Assembly (NCBI RefSeq): GCF_902459465.1
Contig: NC_047083.1
Span: forward strand, 8,680,001-8,744,000
Length of the DNA: 64,000 nt
Reading direction: 5' to 3'
Source of the DNA: Asterias rubens
Taxonomy: Eukaryota
Shown here: positions 1 through 13,300 of the stretch, piece by piece
Layout of the letters: every line of letters starts with the position of its first letter
How positions within the stretch are numbered: position 1 is the first letter of the stretch
Translations under genes and position numbers: made by a program
Notes under the pieces: model-generated
Told to the model about the DNA's origin: nothing
Databases searched by the model: none
What the model saw: the letters and a program-made list of their open reading frames with translations, nothing else

Positions 1-449
1 TTTTTCTAAAACGTACTGGCCTAATTTGGAATCCGGAAGTTCTACCGCGCCCCTAAACTTCATAAAGTCCGTTTTCAAGTCATTAGGTTTTCATAAACAC
101 CATGCTGAGATTTGTGTATGGTTGGTCGTTTTTTCTAAAACCCGGTACTAGGGCCGTAAAATGTAACGTTACAAACGCATGGCCTATTTTGGAATCACAA
201 AGTGTCGACGGCACACGCCGAACTAATGTTACCCAGTCATGCATTTTCAGCTACAAACTCAGACACATATATTCGTTTTAGGCTTCGAGAACATTTTGCT
301 ATGGTCGAAAAGTTAGGGCATTTACTACTTTTTGCACATTATTTCCAATACTTTTATGAAATAATAACAACAAGTAGAGCCTAAGCAAAAAGGCGAAAAT
401 AACAATAAGCAGGTGTTAGCAGGTTAAAATAATGGATAAAATTAATAAC

Positions 450-760
450 AAACTTGTTAGAATTTGGTCGTCGAAGTTGCGAGATAATAATGGAAGGAAA
501 AAAACACCCTCGTCACTCGAAGTTGTATGTTTTCAGATGCTTGATTTCGGGACCTCAAAATTTAATTCTGAGGTCTCGAAATCAAATTCGTGAAAAATTA
601 CTTCTTTCTCGAAAACTACGTTACTTCAGAGGGAGCCGTTTCTAACAATGTTTTATACTATCAACAGCTCCCCATTACTCTCCATTGCTTGTTACCAAAT
701 AAGTATTTATTCGAACAATCATTTAGAGTGATATGAACAATAGTGACACGTGCCTTTAAA
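450..760. mobile_element. Dominant TTAA MITE, partial
   Basis: Internal sequence matches the family; ends GTGCCTTTAA. Confidence 0.7.
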
Positions 761-1616
761 TGACATAAAAAGAGTATGAGTCTGTTCATGGGCAGATCCA
801 TGGGGGGGGGCCTACGGGGTCACGCCCCTCCCCCCCCCCAAAAAAAAAAAGTTTATGCTAACAATTAATTTAAGTAATAACCAATAGTTTCCATTGCTTT
901 ATATAACTTAACAATGTGTTTATTATGGATTTCAAATAAGTAGACAAGTCAACAGGATGCTATTATAGACGTACTTGGCGCCGTCTCAAAACCGCAACCT
1001 CAACATTGGTCCATCTCCCCTCATCTTTTCAAAAAAATATCCCCACATTTTTTATAGCCAGAGTTTTTTCAGCTGCATGCAGCGTCCACCAAAAACTCGG
1101 AAGCGCAGTGTCCTTGAAAATTCCATGCAATCGTTTCAACTCAAAACTAGGCCGAAGAAATTTAATTTCCATATCTCCATTTTTATGCATGATATTAATT
1201 AATTCTGCGCTCAGTACTGCGGAATTATGGTTTTAGAAAGTCATTCTGCGCTTTTAATGTTGTATTATTATAACCTCATTTCAACTTCTCTGTCATCTGC
1301 AGTAATTGCGCAAAATTGACTAATCGTCTTTGTGTGGCCATCTTGACTGTCAAGACTGGCAGGAGAAATAATAGCCGGGTTCCTTTTTGCATAATGAATG
1401 TTTAGGATACAAGGAACATCGTGATCGCATGATAACGTTTTAAAGATGCATTTAACAATTTGGTATAAACAGGTTTGTGGCTAAGTTCGAAGTTTGTGGC
1501 CAAATGTGTGAAAAGTTAGCCCGGTTTTATAGACGATAGAGATTTTGCGAAGGAAAAGTTGCCGAAATAATGGAATCATCGTATGGTCAGTAGGAATATG
1601 CGGGGTCATTTGAAAA

Positions 1617-1935
1617 TTGTTTAACATTGGTAATTGTCAAAGACCAGTATTTTCACTTGCTGTATCTCAACATATGCATAAAATAACAACCCTGTGAAAG
1701 TTTGAGCTCAATCGGTTGTCGAAGTTGTGAGATAATAATGAAAGAAACAAACACCCTTGCCACACGAAGTTGTGTGCGTTTAATAGATGCTTGATTTCGA
1801 GACCTCAAGTTCTAAAAATCAAATACGTGGGAAATTACTTTCTTTCTCGAAAACTATGGCACTTCAGAGAGAGCCGTTTCTCACAATGTTTATACTATCA
1901 ACCTCTCCCCATTACTCGTTACCAAGTAAGGTTTT
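1617..1935. mobile_element. Dominant TTAA MITE, partial
   Basis: TTGGTAATTGTCAAAGACCAG...CGTTACCAAGTAAGGTTTTATGC family sequence. Confidence 0.7.
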
Positions 1936-3773
1936 ATGCTTCAAGCTTGCCTGGTGGTAAAACAGAAGGGTTGTTTTTTTCCTGAAATGCAATAAGTCAT
2001 GTTATTGTTTTACATGCTCCCACAAGCTCCAGCTATATAGGGTTATGAAAATATGGAAATGTCATCATTTCATTGTGTCAAAATGTTATCATCATCCAAA
2101 GATCTAGATCCCAGTTTCATATTTTTTTTGTCAGCAAAACTCTCTCTCACCCTGTACAATAATTTATTACAGAACGAAAGTTTGTACTTATAGCCGCTCC
2201 CCAATGCACGTGCACTTGTAAAAAAGTTTCACTAGAGGGCGGCATTTAACTTTTATTGTGTCATCAACTGCAGTGATTTTGTTAACATTTCGAGTGTGGG
2301 CTGAATAATTACTATCAGTCTGACCTACTTTTGCGGGTGTTTATCGGTGCCGTGTGAATGCTGGGAAAGCATAGTGTTGTTGTATCCCAACGAATTAATT
2401 AATAACTGGGTTCCTTTAAACGTGAGCAGCTGATAGTTGCAACGGCCATGCTGCGAACTACAGACGCTGCTACCTACCAATTATTTTTATGGTTGCTTGC
2501 TGTTTAGAAGTTGCAGCAAAAGGCATGAGGCGTGCTTTCGCGCGTCTACCAAGCCAGACAAGCTGGTCGGTAATTTCAAAGCTACAATTGCTTATGAATA
2601 AAGGATGTTTTGTTTTCCTAAAAACCCAGACGCTTTTATTCCGTCTACAGCAGGAGAAAGACCCACAGAAAAAAAGCAGATGTTGTTTGGAGTTCAAGCT
2701 ACTTTGCATTCAGCACACGGGAAACTTTGGCGAAAACAGTTTTTACGGGAGTTGTTCTCTCAGTGGCAAACATTAATAGTAAACAATATCATACTGTTTT
2801 TATAACATGCATAAATCCTTGTGAAAAGGTATTGAATTATTTTATATGGACCCACGCCCTGCCGATTATGAGTCACACCTGGCAAGATTGTTAGCCGAGA
2901 AAGTTTGAACATGAACAATAACATTAATGATGATTCTATGTTATGTTTTGAAGCTAGCTATACGTGTCTAATCATCCCCATGATCATGTTTTGAGTTCAC
3001 TGAAAGGGTACAGAGAAATTATCCAAAATAATTTTATGATATTGCATTTTTGAATTGTGCTCCACCCTCTAAATGTAAAGGAGTGAAAAAGCACTCTCTG
3101 AAGAGCCATAAACGGACAACTCTTTTTCGAGTGGTCTTCCACTCTTTAAGATTCAAGTTTGCATCCTTTTGAGTGATTTTCACTCTGTCATACTGGAGTG
3201 AAACCCCTCTAAAAGAGTGAAATGACCAAGACACTCTTTTTAAAGAGCTATTAATTGAGGGACAACTCGAAATGTAGTGGTTTTTTCACTCTTTTACATT
3301 TAGAGAGCAGACCTGTATATTTTGATACCAAGACCTAACAAAGTTTTGTAGATATCTATTTGCTGGTTGACTTGTGTGGCGACCTTCACAGTAATTTTTG
3401 TCTAGGTTTCAGGCTTGGAAAATTCATGCGACGAAAAAGACGACAACTTATGACACTACAGCGACACCTACCATTTCCACAGCCTAAATAATCAAACTTG
3501 CTGTTGCTGGAGAAATAGTTGAGTTGTTATGTTTTGCTCAAAACTAAAACAGAATCCCCTTATCCACAGAGAACCCTAGTCGTGGTCCGAGACGTAACGT
3601 AACTAACGTAACTTAAAGCTAGCGGGCGATACAGCGCGCTGCCCATGGTAGCGAGGTTGGGAAACAATCCGGCCATGCAAAGGTCTTGAAACAAAGACTA
3701 CACAGAACCCATTCCCCTCTCCTCACCTAAAAGTATTGGTGCTTTTCATGGTTTTAAACTTCACCCTATTCAG

Positions 3774-6700
3774 ATTCACAACCACTGATGATTTCGACTC
3801 AGAACTGGACAGCACAAAGCACCACGCCCAGCACCACGCCCAGCACCACGCCACAGCACACAAACCCCATCGCCTCCACCAGTACCAAGCCCAACAATAT
3901 CGTCACCACCACCAACGACCCCCTGGTCTCCGCTACTCACAAAACGAAGATCTGAGTGAGAGGTGGCTGAAAGATCACCACAGACAGGACGGTTGGCAAG
4001 GTCATGACGTTGGGGGTGTTGAGCGAGGTTGGTATGATGAGGATAATAAGAGGCATCCTCAACATCATAACGAGGATGACCTCCATGGTCACAACGCACA
4101 CGCTGTACACGATGCCTACGATGACCACATAGATGATTTGCATAAAGGTCAAAGGTCACATCACATGACAGGGCCTCGCTCCCCGCATACTAATGATGAA
4201 AAACCTCATCACTACGTAGAGCGTATTGACTCCTCATATCCAGGTCATGTCCTCAGTCATGTCCTCAGTCATGACCCAAGTCATGACCAAGGTCATGACC
4301 CGAGTTACAACCAAGCCCGTGAACTCAGTAACGACCTCTCTCGCGGCCAAACAAACAGCTTTTCTGAAACACTCGCTGTGATGCCACCAAGTCAGGAGTT
4401 CCGTTACCATGGTAATCACACGTCATCTGCACACTTGAAGAATACGCTGCATGATGTCGGTTGCTATGGTAGCTATGATTCCCGTGACGTCAGCAGTGAG
4501 GAGAACATTGCAACTGGCAAGTCTTCTGCTACAACTGAAGGTAAATAATAACTCGACAATTTAAATCTCAATGGGAGACTTTTGGACGCTAGGTGGCAGC
4601 AGACCTACCAGGTAAATTTCAATTGTTTACGTAGTTCTGAGCGTGCGCACATGACCGAGAACAATGGATTTTACCTGGTAGGTCTGCTGCCACCAAGCGT
4701 CCCAAAAGTCTCCCATTCAAGTCAACTTTCATTTCATACACTCTTAAGGAAATAATAAGCACAGAAGATGGAGCGGGGGGTGTAATTAGACCAAATAGCG
4801 TACGAAGCTTTCATAAGCCAAAACTACCAAAATGGAGACGACAAAACAATAAACAGTGTGAGGATGATGTTGATTGGCTAGAAGAGAGCTTGGGGCGTCA
4901 AGAATACATGTACTTTGACTGAAAACACAAACCATGGCTGTATTGTAGCAATATTTATGATACAAAAACATATTTTTTTATTTCATGTTATTCTTATTTT
5001 CATCACAATAGAAAAATATCACAAACAGCAAGCAGAGGACAAACACACGGACGACAAACCAGGACAAACCATCCCACAGACAGCCAATCAACCCACAGAC
5101 AAACTACATGAAAACAACTTAGCCCATCATGAAGCTCCCGGTGGCAAAACGCAGCATACTCCGGCACCCCAGGCGCAACAGCACCAGGCACCTACGGGGA
5201 AAACCCCTACCCGAGCCCCGGTGGTAGACACACCCACCACGGTGACCGCTAAGGTGCGGACATACAAAGACAGACTGGACGCTCCGGAGGGAAAAAGGGC
5301 GGCCCGTTTAGAACACGCACGTCAGACGCTGAAACCAAAAGAAGGGGAGCGACTCGTGAGGGCGCTTTACGATTTCAAACCGGCCACGCGGGATGAGATG
5401 GCACTGAAACAAGGTAAGGGATTATGTTGGCCTCATGTTTTACCCTGAAAATCTGACGTCATAATTCGAGGCTCGCGATACGTCAGAGATCCCCGCGTCA
5501 AAGCTTATTTTAACATGGAGATTTGCAGTAAAATCCTACGTATGTACTCAAATGCAAAAAAAAAAGTGTACGCTAATGCCAGAAGACCGAAAGTGAAGCT
5601 TGCCAAACATCGCATCAGACCACTCAAAACACAGATAAATCCGTAATTTTTGCTATCGAGAATTGATATTGTTTTACCGTTTTCTCAAAAAGTAAAGCAT
5701 TTCATGGACTAATATTTCAAGAGAAGTCTTTCACAATTACCTTCTGTAAACCCTGTAAATTATTTGTAAATCTGTGAACTTTTTTTTTCTGTACCGAAAG
5801 TGTATAATGGCTTTAAATCGCGGGTTATGTTAAACCAGTACCTGTGTCGGATAAAGACACAGGGGACCACTGTAACTTGGTGTATGGTTGGATATGCCTT
5901 TATTTCCCCCGCTCACTGCGGACTTGAAACTAAAGAAATGAGGCTTGAAGCTTGGAAGAAAAAAAATCAGTCTAGACTATTAAAAAACATCCTAACACCC
6001 GTCACCTGTTTTGGGTGCGACTGTTATGATGGAAACGGAGAAGGCTTTAAAAACGCCCCTGGCGTTCCCGGATGCTGATTGCCGATGCTGGCGTGACATC
6101 TTCTGTTGTGTTTTGATGGGGTGTGTTTTTATGTCAATCCGTCATTCTGTTTTGGTTTGTTTGCGTTTTTGAAATTTTGCTAAGCGGCAGTGACGCAGCT
6201 GTATATGCAGTACCGACCAAACAGTAACCGGATTTAGAGTTGGGTTTTAGAGGCTTGGACACGTTTGGTAAATAATTATCAAAGACCAGTATTCTCACTT
6301 AAAAGTGTATCCCGAAAGAACGACTAACGAACCTGTCACCTGTGAACATTTGGACTCAATATTAGTCATCGAAGTTGCGAGAAAATATTGTAAGAAAGAA
6401 CGCCATTGTTGTACAAACTGTGTGTGCTTTCAGCAGATCTGCGAAAGGCTTCAGGCCTGAAATCACACAGATTCAAAAATTGAATTACCTCTCTCAAAAA
6501 GTACGTTACTTCTGAGGGGGCGGTTTCTCAAAATGTTTTATACTATTAACAACTCTCCATTGCTCGTTACCAAGTAAGTTAATGCTAAGCCTACCAAATC
6601 CATTCCATGAATGTGAGTACAAGAATTTCAAGGTACTTTCTTTCGGGTAATTAAAATGGTTTGGTTGTTCTAATTTCATACAATCAAACTTACCTGCGAC

Positions 6701-6895
6701 AATTTCATTTCAAAAAGTGGTAACGTTTTTGAGACATCGCAGAAAAAAATATTAACTTCAAATCAAGTTTGTGCTTCTTCTTTTGGGACAGGTGAAATAG
6801 TCGTGCAGATCGGGCACCACCTTAGCAACGGATGGGCGTACGGTCGAAATAAGGCAAATGTCAGAGGTCACTTTCCCGCTAGCTACGTCCAGTGA
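3774..6895 (+). CDS. Uncharacterised His-rich/low-complexity protein with C-terminal SH3 domain (5' exon(s) not resolved)
   Basis: Phase-consistent GT-AG exons 3774-4540, 5012-5413, 6792-6895 (>=423 aa). The splice joins RALYDFKPATRDEMALKQ|GEIVVQIGHHLSNGWAYGRNKANVRGHFPASYVQ*, which carries the SH3 ALYDF..E, GW..G and G.FP.SYV motifs. The first resolved exon starts in phase 2, so an upstream coding exon must exist. Confidence 0.8.
4571..4716. mobile_element. ~146-bp foldback MITE (PIF/Harbinger-like, TCA duplication); second copy 41594-41739
   Basis: TIR ATGGGAGACTTTTGGACGCTAGGTGGCAGCAGACCTACCAGGTAAA and its reverse complement; flanked TCA...TCA. Confidence 0.75.
6255..6590. mobile_element. 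Dominant TTAA MITE, diverged
   Basis: GGACACGTTTGGTAA...CGTTACCAAGTAAG family sequence. Confidence 0.65.
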
Positions 6896-7404
6896 TCGTA
6901 CCGTTAGAAAGTCAACCTAGACCGTACGGGGGATTGGGGTTGGGACGGTGGTCGTCGGCAGAGCTTAGCTACATTGCAACCCAAGTTCGACGAGCTTTGT
7001 AAAAGTTGTGGGTGGGTTTAGGTTGAAAAGAACGGTATAGGGGTTGGGACTGGAAGGTTGTGAATAGTTTAGACCGAGTTGGACCAGCTCTGGAATGGAG
7101 GGCAAGCGTGATGAGAGGACTGGGAGTAGGGATGGTAGGAAGTAGGGTTAGGATTATGGTTAGCACTATAAAAAAAGACTAGTTCACACTTCCTGCGAAT
7201 GCGATTGCGATACTTATTTTAACTTCACGGCTCCGTTTTTGCTGGCAATATTTCGCAATTCTTCCGATTTTTTTTTTTTTACAGAAGTTTGCATTTGCAG
7301 GAAGAATGAACAGGCTTTATAGGGCGAGGGTTGGGATCCGGTATTATCTCGTCTGTTTATTTTTAAAGTGAGTTTCAGAAAAGCGTGTATAAACAAAGTG
7401 TATC

Positions 7405-7727
7405 TTAAAGACACTGGACACTATTAGTAATTGTCAAAGACCAGTCTTCTCACTTGGTGTCTTCTCACTTGGTGTATCTCAACATTATGCATAAATAACA
7501 AACCCGTGTTGAGCTCAATCGGTCGTCGAAGTTGCGAGATAATAATGAAAGAAAAACACCCTTGTCACAACAAATTGTGTGCTTTCAGATGCTTGATTTC
7601 GATACCTCAATTTCTAAATCTGAGGTCTCGAAATCAAAGTCGTGGATAATTACTTCTTTCTCGAAGTACCACAATACTTCAGAGGGAGCCGTTTCTCACA
7701 ATGTTTTATAATATCAACCTCTCCCCA
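7405..7727. mobile_element. Dominant TTAA MITE, truncated at one end
   Basis: TTAAAGACACTGGACACTATT start, family interior. Confidence 0.7.
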
Positions 7728-7892
7728 CAATATGAGAAGCGTTACCGCCGTAACGCTTCTCAGACTCAAATTTGTGTGCTTAAAAACTGATATCTACAAA
7801 ACCACATGATACTACCGAAAAACTGCTGTATTCTGACCAATCGTTTTTAGTGCCTTAAATTTTAAGAGTGATCACCAAATGTAAACCTTCCT

Positions 7893-8265
7893 TTAAAGGC
7901 AGTGGACACTATTGGTAATTATTAACATAAAAACTTTCTTGGTGACGAGTAATTGGGAGAGGTTGATGGTATAAAACATTGTGAGAAACGGCTCCCTCTG
8001 AAGTGACGTAGTTTTCGAGAAAGAAGTAATTTTCCACGAATTTGATTTCGAGACCTCAAGTTTAGAATTTGAGGTATCGAAATCAAGCATCTAAAAGCAC
8101 ACAACTTCGTGTGACAAGGGTGTTTTTTCTTTCATAGTTATCTCGCAACCCCGACGACCAATCGAGCTCAAATTTTCACAGGTTTGTTAATTTATGCATA
8201 TGTTGATATACACCAAGTGAGAAGACTAGTCTTTGACAATTACCAATAGTGTCCACTATCTTTAA
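7893..8265. mobile_element. ~370-bp TTAA-flanked MITE (Kolobok/T2-like), full-length representative of the dominant family
   Basis: TTAA|AGGCAGTGGACACTATTGGTAAT...ATTACCAATAGTGTCCAC..CT|TTAA terminal inverted repeats with TTAA target duplication. Kolobok/T2 elements are known to have RR termini and TTAA TSDs. No transposase. Confidence 0.8.
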
Positions 8266-8570
8266 CTACAGATCAAAAGGATAGATAGTTTTGTTTTGTT
8301 TAGATACTCACAAAATGGACAACAAAACTGCACATTTTTCTGAGAAACATTTTTTTTATTTATACATGGCTTTCCAACATGGTAGCACTGGTTACTGACA
8401 AGTCAAGGTGTGTCTGTTTGAAATCTACCAGGGTCGATACTTTAATTTTATTTTATTCATTCTAAATGAAGTAGTAAACGGACAGGGGCAACTGAATTGG
8501 AAATCTCAACATATTTGGGTTAAAATTAATTGTTTGCTGCAACCCGAGAAGACAGACAGTTCTTATGTGT

Positions 8571-8604
<34 letters not shown>

Positions 8605-10346
8605 TGCAAAGGCGATTTTATCAAAACAGTGTCTTTTGTTTTCACTTGTTTTTTTACAGGACACAATTTCAGTAAGCAAATTTGGTGCCTACTGTAGCAG
8701 GAAAATTTGCCTGAGCTTTGTAATTAACCTATGCAATACAAATTAGAGTATTTAATTTGTTTTTGTTTATTTATTTGATTCCTTATTAGGAATGTTTTTT
8801 ATATTATGATCACTTCACAATTTTATAAACTCGTCTGAAAAGAGGCAAACAAAATATCTGAAAATGCATCTTCACTTTCTGAACAATTTGTGAGTACAAA
8901 GTAACCTTGACTGTGAACCAAACCTGTTCATCTTTCAAAATCACTGACATACTTTACAGTGTGCTTGGAAGGACATAGTGAAAAGTTACCAAAGGGCACG
9001 AGCAATTATTGCGTAGAAATGTGTTTCAAGAAGACTGAGTGTGAAAAAGAATCAAAATTAACACCATACTATGTGGTGTTAAAAAAACAAAATATTCTGC
9101 CAACATAATTACATTAGTGTTATTTTAACACCCACGGTTTCAATTTAACACCCACATTTTTGCAGTGTTTAGCAGTTCTGTTTCATTGCTTCGACTTTCT
9201 GTAACTGGAAAAGAAATACACCCTTCTACCTGGCACAGGACTTTACTTTACTTTTTGGAAAAATTCTGCAGGATATTATGACATGGCATTGAGTTTAAAT
9301 ACAAGCACACAGTTATTGCTTAACGAGTTGAACATGTTTTGTAATCTGCCATAAACATTGCGCACTTGGTAAAAACCCAATTTTTTACAAAGCTGCTTAA
9401 GCACAAACAAATTCTGCTGAGCAAGATAAGCCGGACACCAGTCACAGGTTGTACATGTGACATGGTATTTTGGCTGGTTACCTAAATCTGGTAAGCATAA
9501 TTGCTTTGTGCTTAGCTGCACTTTGTGCATAAGCAGCTTTGTAAAATTAGGCTCTGGTTTTAAACAGTAAAGTTTAGTACTGCATCAAGGAGAAATGCAA
9601 AATTTAACGTGTGGCATTAACTCAAAGTTGAACCCGGAGTTACCGTCTGTTTAAATTTGCATTCCTTATTCAATCAATAATTAAACAAATAATTATGTAC
9701 AATACTATGTTTTGATGTTTGATTTCCAACTCATATAAATTTCTTGCTGATAAATTTCCCAACATGGGATAAACACAGAGAGATAGAATTTCAGTAAGCT
9801 GAAAAGCACTCAAATTTGTTAAGCACAGAAAAAATTGCTTAGCAGAAGTTAAAGGTTACCAGCCAAAACACCATGTAATTCAATATTGCTTGTATGTGGT
9901 TCCCACAAAGGAACAAATGTAATTTTTAACTAAAACACGCCTGTTATGAAACTGGCAATCGGTTTTACGTTATGCATTGTGCAAGAAGATGCCCATACCA
10001 AAGTATGCATTTAACTTACAAATGATTTTAACCTAACCTGTGCCAATCTTTTTGTTTAGCAAATAGCCGAGAACCAGTGAAATACAATATACATGTAACC
10101 ATAGAGACGTACGTGACATACATGACCAGGTATTTTGGTTGGCGACCTACTTTCTGCTCAGCAAAACTTGTCAGATTAAGCAGAAGCTTTAAGGACATCG
10201 CCATTGGTTTTCCAAAAAACTTGTAAAAAAATTATGTGAATGCGCTTTTCTGCAGAGCATTGGACGTCCTTACTAACGTGGCATCTACTGTACGCAGTAA
10301 ACCACAACGCAAATAAACAAAAACAGTTACAACAAATATTTTTACT

Positions 10347-13300
10347 TTAAGAGCTGGCATTTGATTTCCTCTTGAGCCTTTCTCTCCAGTCACCTTGAAT
10401 CATCTCAAAATTGGCGTTCTTCGTCGACAACCCTCTGAAAGTAACGAAACAATAAGCGCGAACAGAAATGAGTACGAGCACAAATCCAGAAATAACACGA
10501 AATTGCTTTATCCTTCGGATGGGACATAAAAGCCATAGGCTCTCTGTGTCGGGTAATACACATAAAAGAACCCAGTGCATTTACGAAAGGCACCAACAGA
10601 TTTGGGGTAAGTTGCAAGTTGGGGTATTCAAGGTAAGTGGATCACAAATTGATCTTAGAATAGTCACATGGAAGTGTGAGGGATAAAGCAACCTGGCACC
10701 GCTTCATCAAAGCTGCTCCTACTATTCCGTCCAAGGACGAAGGATGATGATGATGACTGCCACGGTCATAAAATGACAGACCCCTTGCATGGTAAGATGG
10801 AGCCCATAAATGGGACAAATTTGAAAATTTGTTCATCAGCAAATAGAAAGACTAGATTATTTCCAGAAAACTTTCAGGAGATCCAGGGAGAGCTGGCAAA
10901 ATTACTTACACAGCCATCTGCTCTTTCTTCCACTGAGCGATCCTCTTCTGTGCGACAACATTGGGGTCGTCTTCTTCATCCTCCTCCTCATCGTTGGCCT
11001 TCTCTTCTCGCTCAACCTCCTCCTTGATCTGCTGCCACTTCTGCACTAACGTCAGGGGAAGCTTGTTCTTTTTACTTGTGGACTTCTTGGTCTTTGGGAT
11101 GGAGGAAAAACAAGAAAAAAGGGATTCCATAACAGAGTATGTCAAGTCAAAAAGTTGAGAATTTTGAGTTTTGATATTTTTTTCGTAGATCAAGTTTTTG
11201 GCCATGACATGAATCCTTACTCACTGTGAACGTAGATGTATGTGATTTGAAAATCATAGAGCAATTGTTTTAAGATAGTCGCAGAAATTCGTTTTACATG
11301 CTAAAGTAATTTTTGTGAAAGTGTTCTAATTTGTCATAGTTATATTTTTAGGGAATAGAACAGTTTGTGTCTGTGAACATTCCTGACAAGGGCCCAATTT
11401 CATAAAGCACACAAATTTGCTTAGCATGAAATTTCTTCCTTGATAAAAACAGGATAACCAACCAAATTTCCATGTGATTTTCAGGATAAGCAAACAACAG
11501 CTGAATGCCAGTAACAAGCAATATGCAACAAATTAAAATTTGATGGGTAATCTTGTTTTTATCAAGGAAGAAATGTCATGCTAAGCAATTTTTTGTGCTT
11601 ACAGGATTTATGAAATTGGGCCAAGGTCTTGCGACCATAGGAGATCTTGGCTTCACAACTAGAACCAAAAAATTAGAAACGAAATGAATGAAATATTCAA
11701 TACCTTTTCTTTCTTCTTTTTTGTCTTGCCCGTCACCGGCTGTGCACCTGCTGTTGGCAATCCTGATGATAACGAGACGCCCTGGGGAGGGGCAGCCACT
11801 GATGGAAGAGCACTGTACAACACTGGGGCTGAGTAGTTAGAATCTGCCATGGTTGCACTACCACTATACAGGAGCTGAGGTTTACCGATGACGGTTGAGC
11901 TGGAGGGCGTGGCGGAAGAGGATGGAATGTCCATTCCTTCGTTGATCATCTCGGGGTGGTGTATGGGTACGGGCGGAGGGGTCATCGTCCTGGTGCTATC
12001 GCAGGCGCCCTCGTCATCTTCCTCAGGGGGAGGCGGAGGGGGCGGGCTGGGTGGGAGAGGGGGCAACTCGGGTCCCGAGCCGGAGGGGAGGGGTGGAGGT
12101 GGGGAGTCGGGTAAGGGTGGGAACAACTCGGTACCAGGGGGTGGCGGAGGGGGTTTATGGTAGGCAGACGGGAGGGGAGGGTTGGGAAGGGATGGGGCAG
12201 ATAGGGATGGAGGGGGCACTGGGTCGGGAAGGGGAGGGGCGGGTATGGGCGGGGCGGGGGTCTTTGGTGGAGCTGGTGCTGGAGTTGGAGGGATGTATGG
12301 AGTGGTGTACTCCATAGTTTGGGGTTCGGGGATTGAGGACGAGGCGATATAGGTACTATAGGCTGTGAAATAATACCAATAATTGATAAAAAATATTTAA
12401 TGACATTTCGACACTAGCAGAGACTTTCTCGAAGAACTTAGCCTACGAGAAAGACTCTGCTGGGGTCGAACTGTCAGGCCATTCACCTTTCTGGCATTAC
12501 ACCATGATGGTTCTTTTTATTGGTAAGCAGGTTGCAACAAGTCTATTTTCTAATAATAATTGACAATCAGCTTTGCAATAAACTCCTTGCTTACTGTTTA
12601 CCAACATAGTGTTTTCACAGGTTAGCAACAAACATTTGTCTTTAAAGACAGTGGACACTATTGGTAATTAAAAAAGACTAGTCCTCTCACTTGGTGTATC
12701 TCAAAAAATGCATACTTATGCATTTTAAAATAACAAACCTGTGAAAATTTGAGCTCGATTGGGTGTCGGAGTTGCGAGATAACTATGAAAGAAATAAACA
12801 CCCTTGTCACATGAAGTTGTGTGCTTTCAGATGCTTCATTTAGAGAAATCAAATTCGTGGAAAATTACTTCTCCCGAAAACTACGTCACTTCAGAGGGAG
12901 CCGTTTCTCACAATGTTTTATACTATCAACCTCTCCCAATTACTTGTTAGCAAGTGAGGTTTTATGCTGATAATTATTTTGAGTAATTACCAATAGTGTC
13001 CACTGCCTTTAAGCAATTTTAAAGCATTCTTCGCTTACAGGTCTAACAGAAGTGCTGCTAAATCAAGCCAAGAATGGTGACCGTAAACAAGATTCAGTGC
13101 TATTAAAGGTTAGAATTGGTTCTTGGCTCAAAACTGATAAACAACTCTGCAATAACAAAAGATGCAAAGGTACTCGGTTCGTATTTAGCACTTTAGTAAG
13201 CCCTAGAGTGTCTTAATTAAAGCATTCATTATAATGTATCATGTTTACTTTTTCCTACAGGTATGCGAAGGTATGTTCAAATTATGAGACCATTTATTAA

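Noticed and set aside
2489-3490. Candidate upstream exons for the SH3 gene (ORF 2489-2776; acceptor ~3406)
   Set aside because: Could not obtain a phase-2 donor giving an open frame into 3774.
11888-12317. Gly-rich plus-strand ORFs
   Set aside because: Antisense shadow of the FNBP4 Pro-rich exon.
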